DNA of 63,962 nucleotides, counting the filler, from Thelocarpon superellum (taxonomy: Eukaryota), in NCBI GenBank assembly GCA_026025795.1. It is 4 parts of 4 records of this genome, joined end to end, with 100 filler letters (N's around TTAATTAATTAA, not from the genome) between each part and the next. Parts side by side here need not be neighbours in the genome. Positions count along the whole stretch, not along the records: positions 1 to 17,278 come from JAPEUG010000375.1; positions 17,379 to 34,634 come from JAPEUG010000376.1; 2 more parts are not named here. One strand, 5' to 3'. Below are positions 12,665 through 24,400 of this stretch, piece after piece. A program made the position numbers and the translations under genes. Below the pieces are notes generated by a model. It worked only from the letters and a program-made list of their open reading frames with translations, was not told the origin of the DNA and searched no databases. Position 1 is the first letter of the stretch; every line of letters begins with the position of its first letter.

Positions 12665-15106
12665 ATGGCCGAGCCCCCCAGCCCGACCACGGCCATCATC
12701 AATGACTTCAAATCCCTGCCCGCGATTCAAACCTCCTTCCAAGCGTATGAACGCCCGCGACCGCCCATCATGAATCCCGCACATCGCGACATGGAGCTCG
12801 GCGCCCGCATCCCCCTCGCCCCGCTCTCCCCGCCCCAGCTCCCGGAGCAGCAGCGGGCCGGCGGCCTGTTTGGCTTCTTCGGCCGCTCGCCCAAGGCGGC
12901 GCGTCGAAGCAAATCCCATGGCCGTGCGCCGCCGAACAATCTGCGCTTCGATCCCGCGCCCCTCCAGTCGCCGCGCACCGCGAGCCCCTCGCGATCCGCG
13001 AGGGCGGCCGAGCCATCGCCCAAGATCAGTCCGCATCTCACCCTCGACCGCTCCGCCGTCAGTCCGGGCGGGGCCGTCAATCGCATGCCGTCGCGCATGT
13101 CGCTCAAGCCCAAGGAGCCCAAGGAGCCCAGAGCGCCCAAGCCCGCCAAGGCACCCAAGACGAAGCCGCCCAAAGCGCCACGGCCCAGCGCCGTCTGGGC
13201 GCCGCCCCCGCTCTTCCAGGCGTATCCGCAGGCCATCAAGCACTCTATCCTTGAGGCGCCGACGCTCTCCATCGAGACGATCCTGCGCATGCACGCCTCG
13301 AGGAACGAGACGGACGCCATGCACGACGTCTTACATGGCATGCCCGACCTCGACGACCCGGACGCCGACTCGATCCCCGTTCGGGACGAGCGAGGACGAT
13401 CGCGGCATCGACGAAAGACGTCCGGGTCCTTTTCGCGGTCGGACTGGACGCATAAGATCTACGTGCTCGTGACCCTGGGCTATCTGCTGCAGTACTCGGC
13501 CGAGGGGGCTTTTGACCGATTACCGGAGAAGATCTTGCAGCTCGACAAGGATTCCGTCGCCTTTGCCAGCGACGCGATGCCAGGGAAACATTGGGTGCTG
13601 CAGATCTCGCGACTGGCCGACGGGGATGAGAGCGTGGTGCCCGAAGTGTCGCGCTCGCGCTTCGCCAAGCTGCCCTTCTGGGGGGCCAATGCGCGCCGCT
13701 TCACCGGGAACATGCTGCTCGTCCTGGACCGGGCGGAGGAGATGGATGCGTGGATGTCGGCCGTGCGCAAAGAGATCGAAGTGCTCGGCGGCAAGAAGCA
13801 TGAGCCGAGCGCCGACGTCTCGCGGACCGCCGCGGAGCGACGGGACGACGCCCAGCTGCGAGCCTCGACCCAGCGATACAGCATCATCCGCAATCCCAGC
13901 CAGTTCTCACATCCCGGCCCGTTTCCCGAACCCCTCACCCCCGTCGCCTCACCGCCCGGCGAGGATGCGCCCCGGGAGGGCCATGTGTCGCCCATCTTGG
14001 AGGTCTTTCACGAAGAAGCACAGGACGATGCGTACGGCATCGCCAAGCGCCACTCCACCACCCGGCCGCTTACGGGGACGCCGTCGACGACGGCGACAAC
14101 CATCTCCGACGACCAGACACACCTGGATCGGCTGCGCGAGGGCTCACGGCTGTCCTACATGTCCTCGGGCACCTGGACGCTCAACACCTCGCGCGGCACC
14201 TCCCCCACCTGCTCCCCGACGGATGAAGCCTTTACCGTCTCCCAGAGCCTCTCATCCGACAGCCGTGCCTCATCCATCATCAAGGCGCGCCGCTCCCTCG
14301 GCGCCCTGACCCAGCGGCGCGAGAGCCTACAGGTCGCCCGCGACCCCAAAGACGTGCCGGCGCCGCACAAAGCGTCCCGTCCGCCGTCGACCTACGCGTT
14401 GGCCAAGGCCACCACGTCCGCGGGCCCCACGACCAATGGTGCGGGCACACGAACGAGCGCGCGCTACTCATCCGCCAATGCGCCGCCCATCCCCAAGTTT
14501 GCGGCCTCGCCCATCTTCGGCGGCTTGCTCACGGAGAATACGCTCAGCACCGTGATGCACGATGCGCCTCCGGAGCCGCCGAGCACGAGGCACGTCTCGA
14601 TGGCGCCCGCACACAGCCAGAGCCACGCCACCACGGTCGAGCCCGTCATTCCCGCGACGGAGTTTTCCCTTGATCTTCCCCCAAGCACGACTTCCATCTA
14701 CAGCAACGCGCGCTTGTCGCGCTCGATGCATACGCTGCCATCGAACGCGCTCCCTCCGGAACCGTCGGAGGCCCCCCCACCGCCTCCACCCGCGCCGACG
14801 ACGGCGCTCGCCAAGATCGACCCCCGACCGGCCAGTCTGATGGTGCGCGACGGGGTCAGCCCGGGGCCCAAGATGGCGGCCGAGGGCCGGCCGCCGCGGT
14901 CACCCTCCTACCTACCGGCCGGCTGCTCGGCGGTGCCCGTGGTGGTCCAGGGCAAGTCCAAGGCCACGCGGATCTCGTACCGCAAGAGCATGCCGTCGCT
15001 GGTCCCCGTCGGTCCTCCGCCGGTGCCGCCACCGAACATCCCGTTGCCCGAGGTGCCGAAGCAGGCCCTGGCGGTGGACGGTGCTAAGGCGTTGAGGGTC
15101 ATGTAG
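12665..15106 (+). CDS. Fungal PH-domain-containing protein with Pro/Ser-rich tails, intronless
   Basis: Long ORF with first ATG at 12665. PH-like core WTHKIYVLVTLGYLLQYSAEGAFDRLPEKILQL...HWVLQIS...EEMDAWMSAVRKEIE; C-terminal GPPPVPPPNIPLPEVP. Confidence 0.8.
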   Translation: MAEPPSPTTAIINDFKSLPAIQTSFQAYERPRPPIMNPAHRDMELGARIPLAPLSPPQLPEQQRAGGLFGFFGRSPKAARRSKSHGRAPPNNLRFDPAPLQSPRTASPSRSARAAEPSPKISPHLTLDRSAVSPGGAVNRMPSRMSLKPKEPKEPRAPKPAKAPKTKPPKAPRPSAVWAPPPLFQAYPQAIKHSILEAPTLSIETILRMHASRNETDAMHDVLHGMPDLDDPDADSIPVRDERGRSRHRRKTSGSFSRSDWTHKIYVLVTLGYLLQYSAEGAFDRLPEKILQLDKDSVAFASDAMPGKHWVLQISRLADGDESVVPEVSRSRFAKLPFWGANARRFTGNMLLVLDRAEEMDAWMSAVRKEIEVLGGKKHEPSADVSRTAAERRDDAQLRASTQRYSIIRNPSQFSHPGPFPEPLTPVASPPGEDAPREGHVSPILEVFHEEAQDDAYGIAKRHSTTRPLTGTPSTTATTISDDQTHLDRLREGSRLSYMSSGTWTLNTSRGTSPTCSPTDEAFTVSQSLSSDSRASSIIKARRSLGALTQRRESLQVARDPKDVPAPHKASRPPSTYALAKATTSAGPTTNGAGTRTSARYSSANAPPIPKFAASPIFGGLLTENTLSTVMHDAPPEPPSTRHVSMAPAHSQSHATTVEPVIPATEFSLDLPPSTTSIYSNARLSRSMHTLPSNALPPEPSEAPPPPPPAPTTALAKIDPRPASLMVRDGVSPGPKMAAEGRPPRSPSYLPAGCSAVPVVVQGKSKATRISYRKSMPSLVPVGPPPVPPPNIPLPEVPKQALAVDGAKALRVM

Positions 15107-15836
15107 CAATGCGGTGGATTTGAATCCCCTGTTGGTCAGAGCCGATGGCGGGTGCACCTGGAGCGACCCAGGCCAAGACTTTCTGGACCGTGATTCGGTT
15201 GATCTGCTTTGTTTGTAATCCGCACATGGCCACGCGCCACTTTCTTTGCTTTCGAGCGATTGGATCCTCGGGGGCGTCATGTCCATTCTCGCACCTGGCG
15301 TTGCTGGGGGGAAGGTCGTGACGGACGACGGGCCGTATTGGAATCTAGCTGGTACACGATCAAGTTACCCAACTTGACTATTCCTACTACTAGTAAGTAA
15401 GTATAGAAGTACGTAGTGTACGTTGCCATGGATCAGCGCAGCGATGCAGCAAGTCCCCATGACGCCATGAGTCGTGTAGGTGAAACGGCGAGTGGAACAG
15501 GAGCTGCACGTCCGGTAGATCCCGACGTCGGCACGCAAGGATCACCCAGGTCACCTTGCAGCTTCACGGCAAGGGCAGCGGCTCCCACCAATCGGGAGTC
15601 CTCAGCTCGTCTCGGGCGATCAGCTCTCGATGATCCCACCCACCCGCACCAGAGCACCGGCATCAGCACGAGTGCCAGCACCAGCACCCACACGCCCGCC
15701 GACCTGGGAAGGCATTCTCGTCGACGACCTGAAGCGGACGCATCTCAATTGACCCCACCGCACGATCCGAAAGAGGCATCATCCGCACCCCGGCCCCAGC
15801 TTCCCATCGTCGTGGGCCCCACCGCGGTCGCCCAAG

Positions 15837-16841
15837 ATGCGTGAGCCTCAATCACGAGTTCCGCCGCCCATCTTCATGCCGCAGCAATCACCGATCGTCG
15901 TTCCCGCTGGCCCCCCCGCTCCCTCCTCGACCCTTCTCCCACAACGCCCGTCCGCCGTCCCTCGTGCCCCTCATGGCTCCCCATCCTCATCGTCCCGGAC
16001 GTCGGCCGCCGCCGCTCGTCCCACGCCAATCAAGCGGCATCCGTTTCCGCCGCCCAAGATCCGGCTGAAGATCCACGACTTGTATGACGATGGCGCCCGG
16101 GAGTTGCTCTCTGTCCTCAACATCGGCGCCGCGCTGGAAGAGGCCGTGCAGGGGGTGCTGCACGCCCTCTACCCCGCTCCGGCGACAATCTCGTCCTCCA
16201 CCACGCTTCCCATCCCTGGCACGCGATCCGTGACGCTGATCATCCGATCCATGCCAGGCGTGGCTTACACCACAGGAACAGACATTGACCCCGATCACAA
16301 GGAGATCCACTTCTCCACCAACTACATTCGCCAAATCGCGGCGGCGCGCAAGTCGGAGGAGATCCGCGGTGTGCTATGGCACGAGACGGTGCACTGCTTC
16401 CAATGGAACGCCAGCGGCACCGCGCCCGGAGGCCTCATCGAGGGCATCGCGGATTGGGTGCGGCTGAAGGCTGGTCTGGCCCCTCCGCACTGGACGCGCT
16501 CGGCCAATGGCGAGTGGGATGCGGGATACCAGCATACGGGGTACTTCCTGGATTATTTGGAAAGCAGGTTCGGGAAAGGCAGCGTCGTTCGCGTCAACGG
16601 GACCCTGAAGGGCGGCAGGTACCGCGAGGATTCGTTTTGGACGGATCTCTTTGGTGCGACGGTCAAGACTCTGTGGCTCGACTACGCCGAGTGGCTGAAG
16701 AAGGACGACGACGAAGATCTGGTCGTCGTGGAGAGAGCCGATCCATCGAGCGCCGCGCCGGACAATAACAGCTCCGATGGCCAAACGCCTGCTACACCTA
16801 ACACGCCAAGTCAAACCACATCGCCTCCAACGCCTCCGTAG
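15837..16841 (+). CDS. BSP (plant basic secretory protein) family gluzincin-like protein
   Basis: GVAYTTG, KEIHFS, GVLWHETVHCFQWN (HExxH), GGLIEGIADWVRL, WDAGYQHTGYFLDYLE; no signal peptide; alternative start at 15876. Confidence 0.88.
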   Translation: MREPQSRVPPPIFMPQQSPIVVPAGPPAPSSTLLPQRPSAVPRAPHGSPSSSSRTSAAAARPTPIKRHPFPPPKIRLKIHDLYDDGARELLSVLNIGAALEEAVQGVLHALYPAPATISSSTTLPIPGTRSVTLIIRSMPGVAYTTGTDIDPDHKEIHFSTNYIRQIAAARKSEEIRGVLWHETVHCFQWNASGTAPGGLIEGIADWVRLKAGLAPPHWTRSANGEWDAGYQHTGYFLDYLESRFGKGSVVRVNGTLKGGRYREDSFWTDLFGATVKTLWLDYAEWLKKDDDEDLVVVERADPSSAAPDNNSSDGQTPATPNTPSQTTSPPTPP

Positions 16842-16936
16842 CTGATCTGGCCTGGACTGGCGACGGCCGTTGGCTTTCGTGGTGCGGCTTGGAGTTCAGG
16901 CTTCATTTCTTCATCATCTATCTCATCATCCCTCCA

Positions 16937-17118
16937 TCCGTCATCCGTCATCCGTCGTCCGTCATCCGTCATCCGTCGTCCGTCATCCGTCATCCGTCAT
17001 CCGTCATCCGTCGTCCGTCATCCGTCGTCCGTCATCCGTCGTCCGTCATCCGTCGTCCGTCATCTGTCGTCCGTCATCCGTCGTCCGTCATCCGTCGTCC
17101 GTCATCCGTCGTCCGTCA
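16937..17118 (+). repeat. Heptamer tandem array (TCCGTCR) of about 26 copies
   Basis: Units TCCGTCA and TCCGTCG with one TCTGTCG variant. Confidence 0.95.
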
Positions 17119-17278
17119 TCCCTCGAGTGAATGGTTCACGGATGGCTCGCCCCCTTCCATACTTCGTCAAGAAAGTCCTTCACGTCCTGTAGCAGAACAT
17201 CAGGCTGCTCCATCGCTGCAAAGTGGCCGCCCTGACCATCACCACGTCAGATCTCCTCATCATCACAAATGCCAAGGT

Positions 17279-17378
17279 NNNNNNNNNNNNNNNNNNNNNN
17301 NNNNNNNNNNNNNNNNNNNNNNTTAATTAATTAANNNNNNNNNNNNNNNNNNNNNNNNNNNNNNNNNNNNNNNNNNNN
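17279..17378. other. Artificial contig spacer
   Basis: 44 N + TTAATTAATTAA (stops in all six frames) + 44 N. Confidence 0.98.
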
Positions 17379-18406
17379 CCCTCTCCTTCGCCTTCTCCTG
17401 ACCGCTTTCGCTTCTTCGACATGGCATTCTTCTGTTGGTAAAAGGCCGGTGGGTCGTGACCACGGGTGAGGTCGATGGTGCGAAATTCCTCGACGGTCAA
17501 GGCACTACTGGGCGTGACCTTGAACTCCTCGAGCCGCTTGTTGATCGTCATGTCCGTCACCTTGACCACGTACACGACCTCGCGCACCGTGCGTCGGAAG
17601 TTGTTCATCCGCGCCGCCAGAATCAGGCAGGCGCCGCAGATGCCCGACGGCCGTCGTCCCGTCGTCATCCAGTCCTTCTCCATGCGCTGCACCAGCCGGA
17701 TGGCATCCGTGGCCACCCGCTCCGTCTTGCGCCCAAACTCGAGCCGGGCGGCCAGGCGATGCACCAGGTTCTCCGCCGCCACCTGCTCGAAGCCGTCGAT
17801 GGCGCACTTGGCCGCGAACTCTTTGAACGTCTTGCCGAGCTTGAAGACGTTGACGTTGAGCACGTCGGAGAAGTCGATCAGCATCATGCTGTTGCCCTTT
17901 TCCTTGCGACACGTCATGTAGAGCGCCACGGCCGCGACGTTGCGGATGCGTCGGCCCTGGACGAAGTTGTAGAAGACGGCCAGCTTGTAGATCTGAAAGG
18001 CCCGGTCGGCCAGCGGCTGGGCGATCTGCAGCGCGGCCGCGATCTGGTTGATGGTGCGTTTGCCGTTGGCCTCGGCGATCTCGCGGCTCTCCATGCCGCC
18101 GGCCCGCTTGAAGGCCGTGCCCATGCTGCGCGCGTGGCTCTGGTCCGCCCCGACATAGCTCCCCTGCACCACGGCGGCGCCGGCCGAGGTCTCGCCAAAC
18201 TGCACCTCGGACACGATGTTGGAGTCGCTGACCACCGTGCCGCAGGTGGTGCACACGCGCTTGTCGTCGATGTCCTCCAGCTTCGGGTCGGGACACGACG
18301 GGTTCGGACAATGGTTGGTCTTGCCCGACGCCCGACGCCGGATGGGCGGGGGATTGCGCACGCCCTTGAGGTGCGTCATCTTGGCCGGTCTGCGGACCGA
18401 CGCCAT
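17379..18406 (-). CDS. BRF1: TFIIIB subunit Brf1, 5' part (truncated at contig end)
   Basis: Zn ribbon CPNPSC...CTTCGTV, NIVSEVQFGE, NFVQGRR, GRRPSGICGACLILAARMNNFRRT, DPPAF. Confidence 0.96.
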
Positions 18407-18929
18407 GGCGACGGCCGGCGGTCCACGACGCCCGTGATCGGATGAGAGGGGTGAGGCTTGCTATCAGAGCGACGATGGTCGGGAGGGTCGAGGCGTGGGT
18501 GGCCTCGTCACTTGCGCGAGGCTTGCACTCGATCGGCCGCGTGGTCGAGTGGTCGAGCACCTTACTCAGGCGCCGGGGACGGTGATCAGGTAGGTGAAGG
18601 GAAGACTCGCGCGCCTAAACGACCGACGAGTAATCCAAGTCTGCCGGTTAGCGGGGAGCGAGAGGCAAGTGGTTAGCGGGGCACGTACTACGTAGTACTT
18701 GGTACTGGCGACCGTGAACCCCGAGCCTCGAGCCTCATCTTAGTCATCCCACACGAAGAAGTGTGGTGGCTGGCGGCGGTCGTCGGCTCGAGTCTCGCTT
18801 CATTCACTTGAATTTCTGCTCCTCCCGAAATGTTCTGCGTACTCGACGAGGCAGAACCGTAACGCCGGCCGGGCGGTGTGGTGTCCCTTCATACAGTATG
18901 TACATTCATTTCCACATCTCATCACCGCT

Positions 18930-21033
18930 TTATGTCCTGCCCCACACCTCAGCTACCTTGGCGCTCAGCGCCCGTCCCACCTTCTTCCTCCCAACCATCT
19001 CGCCCATGACCGTGAACAAGACCTCACGTTGTGCGCGGATGGTGGGATCGTCACGGCCTGGACCACATTCCTCAAACGCCTGCACCAAGGCCCGTGGCGT
19101 CGGCCACACCTTCTGCATCTCCAATGCCTTGTCCGCCGTGATGCCGCGGGTGCACATGAGCATCTTGAGGTAGACGTCGCGGAGCGTGAGGTCATCCGAC
19201 TTGGACGCCAGCGAGGCAAACGACGGGTAGGTGATGTGGTATGGCGTCGCGGGCTCCGAGACGGCGAGCGATGATCGCAGCGCGTGATAGGTGCGCGGAT
19301 CAAGGTGCGGCGTCGGGATGATGTGCAATGGCTTGTTCTCGTGCAGGCCTCGCAGCAGCACCGTCATACGCGTGAGGTAGCGGATGGTGTCGTCGAGCTT
19401 CTGCGTCTGCTTGACGAAATAGCCATTGACCACTTGCATCGACGCAATCGCCGAGTCCACCGCCTCCTGACACTTGGCCATGTGCTCGGCATTCATCGCC
19501 ATCTCCTCGATGATGTAGATGACGTGTCGCACCCCGGACTTTCGCAGGCGGAACTAGTCGCGCGTGAGTTGTCTGCTCATGCCATGCTCATTGACGTCGC
19601 ACCCACCTTCTGCTCATGAAAGCGGCCGTCCTTGATGCTGCCAATCAAATCATCAAGACGCTTCCGCTCCACGATCCAGTCCAACACCACCTCGTCGCCC
19701 TCTTCGCCGAGGCGACGGAGGAAGTCGGGGTCGTGGCACTTGGCCACCCACAAGGCATCGCCCACCCCCAGGTTCCGCACCAGTGGCTGCACGCCCTTAT
19801 TGGTGAGCTCGTTCTGGATGTAGTCCCGGTCCTGCTTGGCGCGGACCTCTCGGTTGTCCAACACGAGCGTCACCGTGAAAGCCCCGGCTGGGAGTACGAG
19901 GGGTGTAAAGGACGGGCGATGCCCATCCTCATCCCCGCCGGACGCGGTCGGGGGCCCGGTCGAAGTGCTCTGCGCCCGACAAGGCTCACTTGCCCGTCGG
20001 GACACCGGGGAGCTAGACAGGAGCTGGTCATAGTCGGATCTCGTGCTTTTCCTCTTCCGCGCCATTCGCGCACTGCGAGGGTCCTCGGACGGACCAAGCT
20101 CTGCATCAGGGACATCAGGGACATCAGCGACATCAGCGACATCAGGGGCCTCGTCATCCGCGTCGACCCAGAGCCGCGACGGCCCCGTGCCGACCCAGTG
20201 CCCGCCCTCGGCGGACCCTCTGCCGACCGACGTCGCACGGGTGGTCGAAGTGGGCACGCCGCGTGTGGTCGCGTCGTCCCCTTGCTCCGACAGGGTCCTT
20301 TGAATCCGCTTGGCCACCGCCCATCCTTCTTCCGTGAGGGCGTATCGACGCAGAGGCCGACCATGTTCAAACACCATGTCCTTCTCCGTCAGCGTCTTGA
20401 TGGAGTTCCACGCCGTGAAGTATTTGGACGGATCGCTGGGGGCGGTAAAGGATGAATCGCAGTGCGGCTGACCCAGCGCGATGATCTCGTTCTTCGTCAA
20501 GGTCTTGGACGAGTCCTCGCCCACGGACGAGAGGGCGAGGATGATGGCGTAGGGTCCCGAGCGGAGAGCCGGCACGTAGGGTTTGGCTTTGCGGGCCTTC
20601 TTTGCCGGCGCGGGCTCATCATCGCCGCCACCGCTGTCCCCGCTGCGTTTCCGTCCTATGATGACATCTGTGAGTCGGATGGAGTCTTCGACTAGGAGCG
20701 CACGCCTGGTCGCTACCTCGCTGGGGTGGGTCGGGCAAGGGAATCCCTTCGACGAGGCAATGGGCTCGAAGCTTCTCCTCCAGGCGCTGGCAGAGTCGTG
20801 GTCCCAAGCCATGCAACTGCATGGCTTCCGACGGGTGACTGAAGACCACCGGACATGCTTTCATAGATTCGAACGCTTTCTTGTACCTACACCTGCGATG
20901 AGTCGGGCTCGACGACGGATCGAATGCGCACCAACACGGTGAAGCCCTTGGAATTGTGCTGCCGGGCCGCCTCGAGCCATTCGCCGATCCATTGGAGAAA
21001 GAGCGGATTGGCGCACGTGGACGCCGACGCCAT
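18930..21033 (-). CDS. MUS81: Crossover junction endonuclease Mus81, 4 exons
   Basis: N-terminal HhH region (CANPLFLQWIGEW...YKKAFESMKACP), winged-helix region YVPALRSGPYAI, ERCC4 nuclease motifs LDNRE and VERKRLDDLIGSIKDGRFHEQK/FRL, C-terminal HhH MLMCTRGIT. Confidence 0.95.
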
Positions 21034-21404
21034 ATTCACATGGAGCCAGCCGGCAATACCTGGAGAGGTAATGCAGACGGCGACGATGAGTTTGTGGTGA
21101 GAGCGTGCCCTAGAGACGCGTCGCTGGTGACAGTCACGACGTTGACGCGCGGTCACGAGATCGCCACCCTCCATGTCCACGGCATCTCCAGCGAGGGCGA
21201 GCGACGAGCCACGAACGAGAGAAGATGACGGTGAGCTCTCATGGCGCATCCAGTCATCCTGTCAGATTGATACAGATGTCGAAGAATGCATCGCACCATC
21301 TACTGTCGTTGATGCAGATACTACGCGCTCAATACGCCCGACACCTATGCCCAGGTCCCATCCCCTTCCGCCCAGCAATGCCGTCCGTTCCATAGCGGTC
21401 ATGA

Positions 21405-24400
21405 TCATGACCCTTCCTCCGTCGGCGACAGCCGTGACGTGCTTGCGACGCCAAGATTGGGAAAGAGCAGGTTGGGTGGGTGGGCCTCGTCGTCGCTCTC
21501 GGCATCACCGCTCTCGTCATCCGCGCTGTCGTGCAGGCTGCCGAGCTCGGAGCTGGCTTGAACCTCCATGGGTCCGGCCTCGTCCTTGCTCTCCTCGCGT
21601 GGCGGCGGCAGCTCCTCCATCGCCTCCGCCATCGATGGCTGCGTCGGCGTCGCCACACGTGGTGCCTCGGTCGTGCGCGCCGACTTGGACGGCACCGGCA
21701 CCGTCGGCACGGGGCGCGCCACCGCCATCTCGGCCTTGCGCAGCACCTCCCGCCGGCTGACCATCTTGATCCGGCCTTTGGCCCCGCCCGGCGCCGCCCC
21801 ATCGGACGCGGTCAACGGTCGCTCCGAGGGGCCGTCGGGGCTCATGAGGAGGCTGCTGACGCTCATGGGGTCGTGCCGCTCCTCCTTCTTCGGCACCACC
21901 GGCGCATCCTCGCCATCGCCCTCCAGCATCAACGTCGGCACCACGGTCTCGTAGAGTCGCGCGTACGCGTCGGCGGCCAGCTCGTCAAAGATAAAGACCA
22001 GCAACAAGCCGCTGTTGAGTTTCTTGAGCTCCACCACATCCCGCAGCACGTCCAGCACGGGACTCGACGTCGTCGGCAGGTAGCACCACGATTCCAGCCG
22101 CGCCGCGTGCTTCTGAAAGTCATCATGCAGCACCGCCTTGAACACCAGCGGTTCGTGTGACTCGGGGATCTGGCCGGCACGCCGGAGCATCTGGACTTGG
22201 TGTGAGCGCAGCCATTCCGCGCCCACGCTTGGAAAGGGACGTCACCAACCTGAAGATATGCCTGGCAGACCCGCTCCCACAGCTGCTCATGCTGGAAAAA
22301 GTCCGACGGCTTCTTGCGCACCCGCTTGGCCAGCGCCTCCATGCTCGCCCGGTCATCGAGCAGCGCCAGGAGGCGGGTGAAGAAGGAGACGTACGCCGAC
22401 GTGTAGACAAAGTGCCGACCAGCGCGCTCGTGCTCCGGCTTCCACACTTGCACCGCCATGGTCTTGGTGAAGATCTGCTGGCTGAGCTCGTGCTTCGCCG
22501 ACGCCGCGGCCGCCGTGTCGTCCCGCGCGCCATCGTAGATGATGTGTGCGGCTCGCGCCGTCATCCGGTGGTGCCAATTGGACTTGTCCGCGCTCCGGAG
22601 GACCTTGAGGATCTGCAGCACGTACGCGTCCCATTCGCCGCGATCCTCCGTCGACGGCACCTTGGAGCTGTACGGCGTCGCCTCGAGCAGCGAGATCGCC
22701 TCGAAGGGCTGCCGCACGCACCATCCGTGGTCAGTTCAACACTCACACCGACGCACCACGTGTCCCTCACCTCGAGCTGCCACGACTTCACGAGCTTGTG
22801 GATGACCGACACCAGCTTGTAATGCGGTTCCAAGATGGGCTCTTGCCGCTCCGATCGCCGTTCCGGAATGGTCTCAATGGCCCGGATCAGCACGTGGAGC
22901 ACGTCCCCGATTTGCACCAGCACGCTCGACGACGTCGGCTGCGTCAGCTTCCAATGCCGATACATCTTCCAGAGGCATTTGCCCAGCATGTAATGATCCT
23001 TCCACGACTCCGCACGGCCCTCCAGCGCTTGCTGGAACAGCACGCTGGCGAAGCGCCAGGCCTGGAACTCCGAGAGCGCGGGATGCGCCGGCTTCTGGTA
23101 CATGCTGGTGGTGCCGCTGAAGTGGCGCGGGAAATCCGCCACCGAGTAGGCGCCCATGCTAAAAGGCGGCCGCGACGAGGCGTAGATGCGCGTGCCAAAG
23201 TCGCTGTAGAGCTGCGCCAGCTCACGCGCCGTCGCCGGCGACGCGTCCGCCATCCGCACCGCCGTCGACACCGCCATGGTGTAGCAGTGGATGGCGTTGC
23301 GCTGCAGCGTGTGGAGCTCGGCCAGGTCGGTGTTGAGCGTGTCCGCCGACCACATGACGTCGTCGTCGATGCGCGAGTCGTACACCTGCGCTTGTCGGTA
23401 CCACGTCTCCCACCGATCCATGCTGTACTGCAGGTCCAGCCGGAAGAAGTAGCTGGCCAGGTCGAGGTCGTCCGCCGGGCCCTGCGACACCCGCTTCTGG
23501 CTGCGAAAGCGCACGAGCGACATCTGGCCCAGCAGCACGTACCACCCCTTCTCCGCGATCGCCGCACTCTCCGCCGGCACCGGGACCGCGGACAGCTGGC
23601 ACTGGCCGCGCAGGCATTGGTACAGCTGCGTGGGGTGGATCGCCGCCTTGCTGAAGGCGGCGAAGTTGCGCATGTTGTGCAGCATCGCGCTCGTCTGCTT
23701 GGGCGCCCCGATGGCCTGTTGCATCTTCTCCATCGCCGCCTTGTACTCCGTCTTGGGCAGATCCTTGAGCTCCACCCGCTTCACCAGCATCATGACAAAG
23801 TCCATGATCTGCACCGCCGTCGCCCGATCCAGCGCGCTGGGCGTGCACCCATGTTCCTGCAGGCCGTGCTGCTGCGACCCCAGTCGCAGCCCGTGGAGGT
23901 CGAAGAGGACCTGCACCAGGTCCGCCTCCCATCCCGACCCGGCCGAAGCTTGCAACAGCTCCCGCTTCATGAGCTGAAGCAAGACCTTGTTCGAGGCCTG
24001 GCAGCAGCCGCGGAGCCCCGTCACTTGATGCACCGCCCGCAGATATTCGAGCAGATGGTCATTCTCCGTGCGCACACAGTCCCGGTGTTGCGCCACGCCC
24101 TCCTTGCACAGGACGTACAAGAGGGTCCAGGCCCGCAGCTGCATGTCACGAAATCGCGCCGACACCCGGCCATAGGACGTGGGCGATCGCTCCTCCGCCC
24201 GGCGGGGCAGGGCCACCTGCTCGATCCGCACTGCGTCGTCGAAGAGGGAATAGGTATGTAGGAGCCGCGCTAGAGCCGCGACCGTGCCGAGCGAGGCCGC
24301 CAGTAGCGTCTCGTCCATGCAATCCATGGCCGACGGCTCGTCCAACCCGATGGACAGCGCCTGCGTCATCATACCGTCCATCGTATGCAGCCAGGTGGCG

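Noticed and set aside
16811..17326. Repeat-peptide ORFs (MTDDGRR, RHPSSVI), or a telomere- or CRISPR-like array
   Set aside because: Translations of a heptamer microsatellite; no spacers, not TTAGGG, and flanked by unique sequence.
17323..17334. TTAATTAATTAA recurring at about 17.3-kb spacing as a biological repeat
   Set aside because: Embedded in identical N runs; it is a six-frame stop linker.
20100..20150. 9-nt tandem repeat in MUS81 (PDVADVADVPDVPDA)
   Set aside because: In-frame slippage within a disordered linker; ordinary.
22798..24261. 487-aa ORF antisense to HIR3, and similar long antisense ORFs over BRF1, RRP3, the PH and the TACC genes
   Set aside because: Expected shadows of GC3-rich codon usage; no recognisable motifs.
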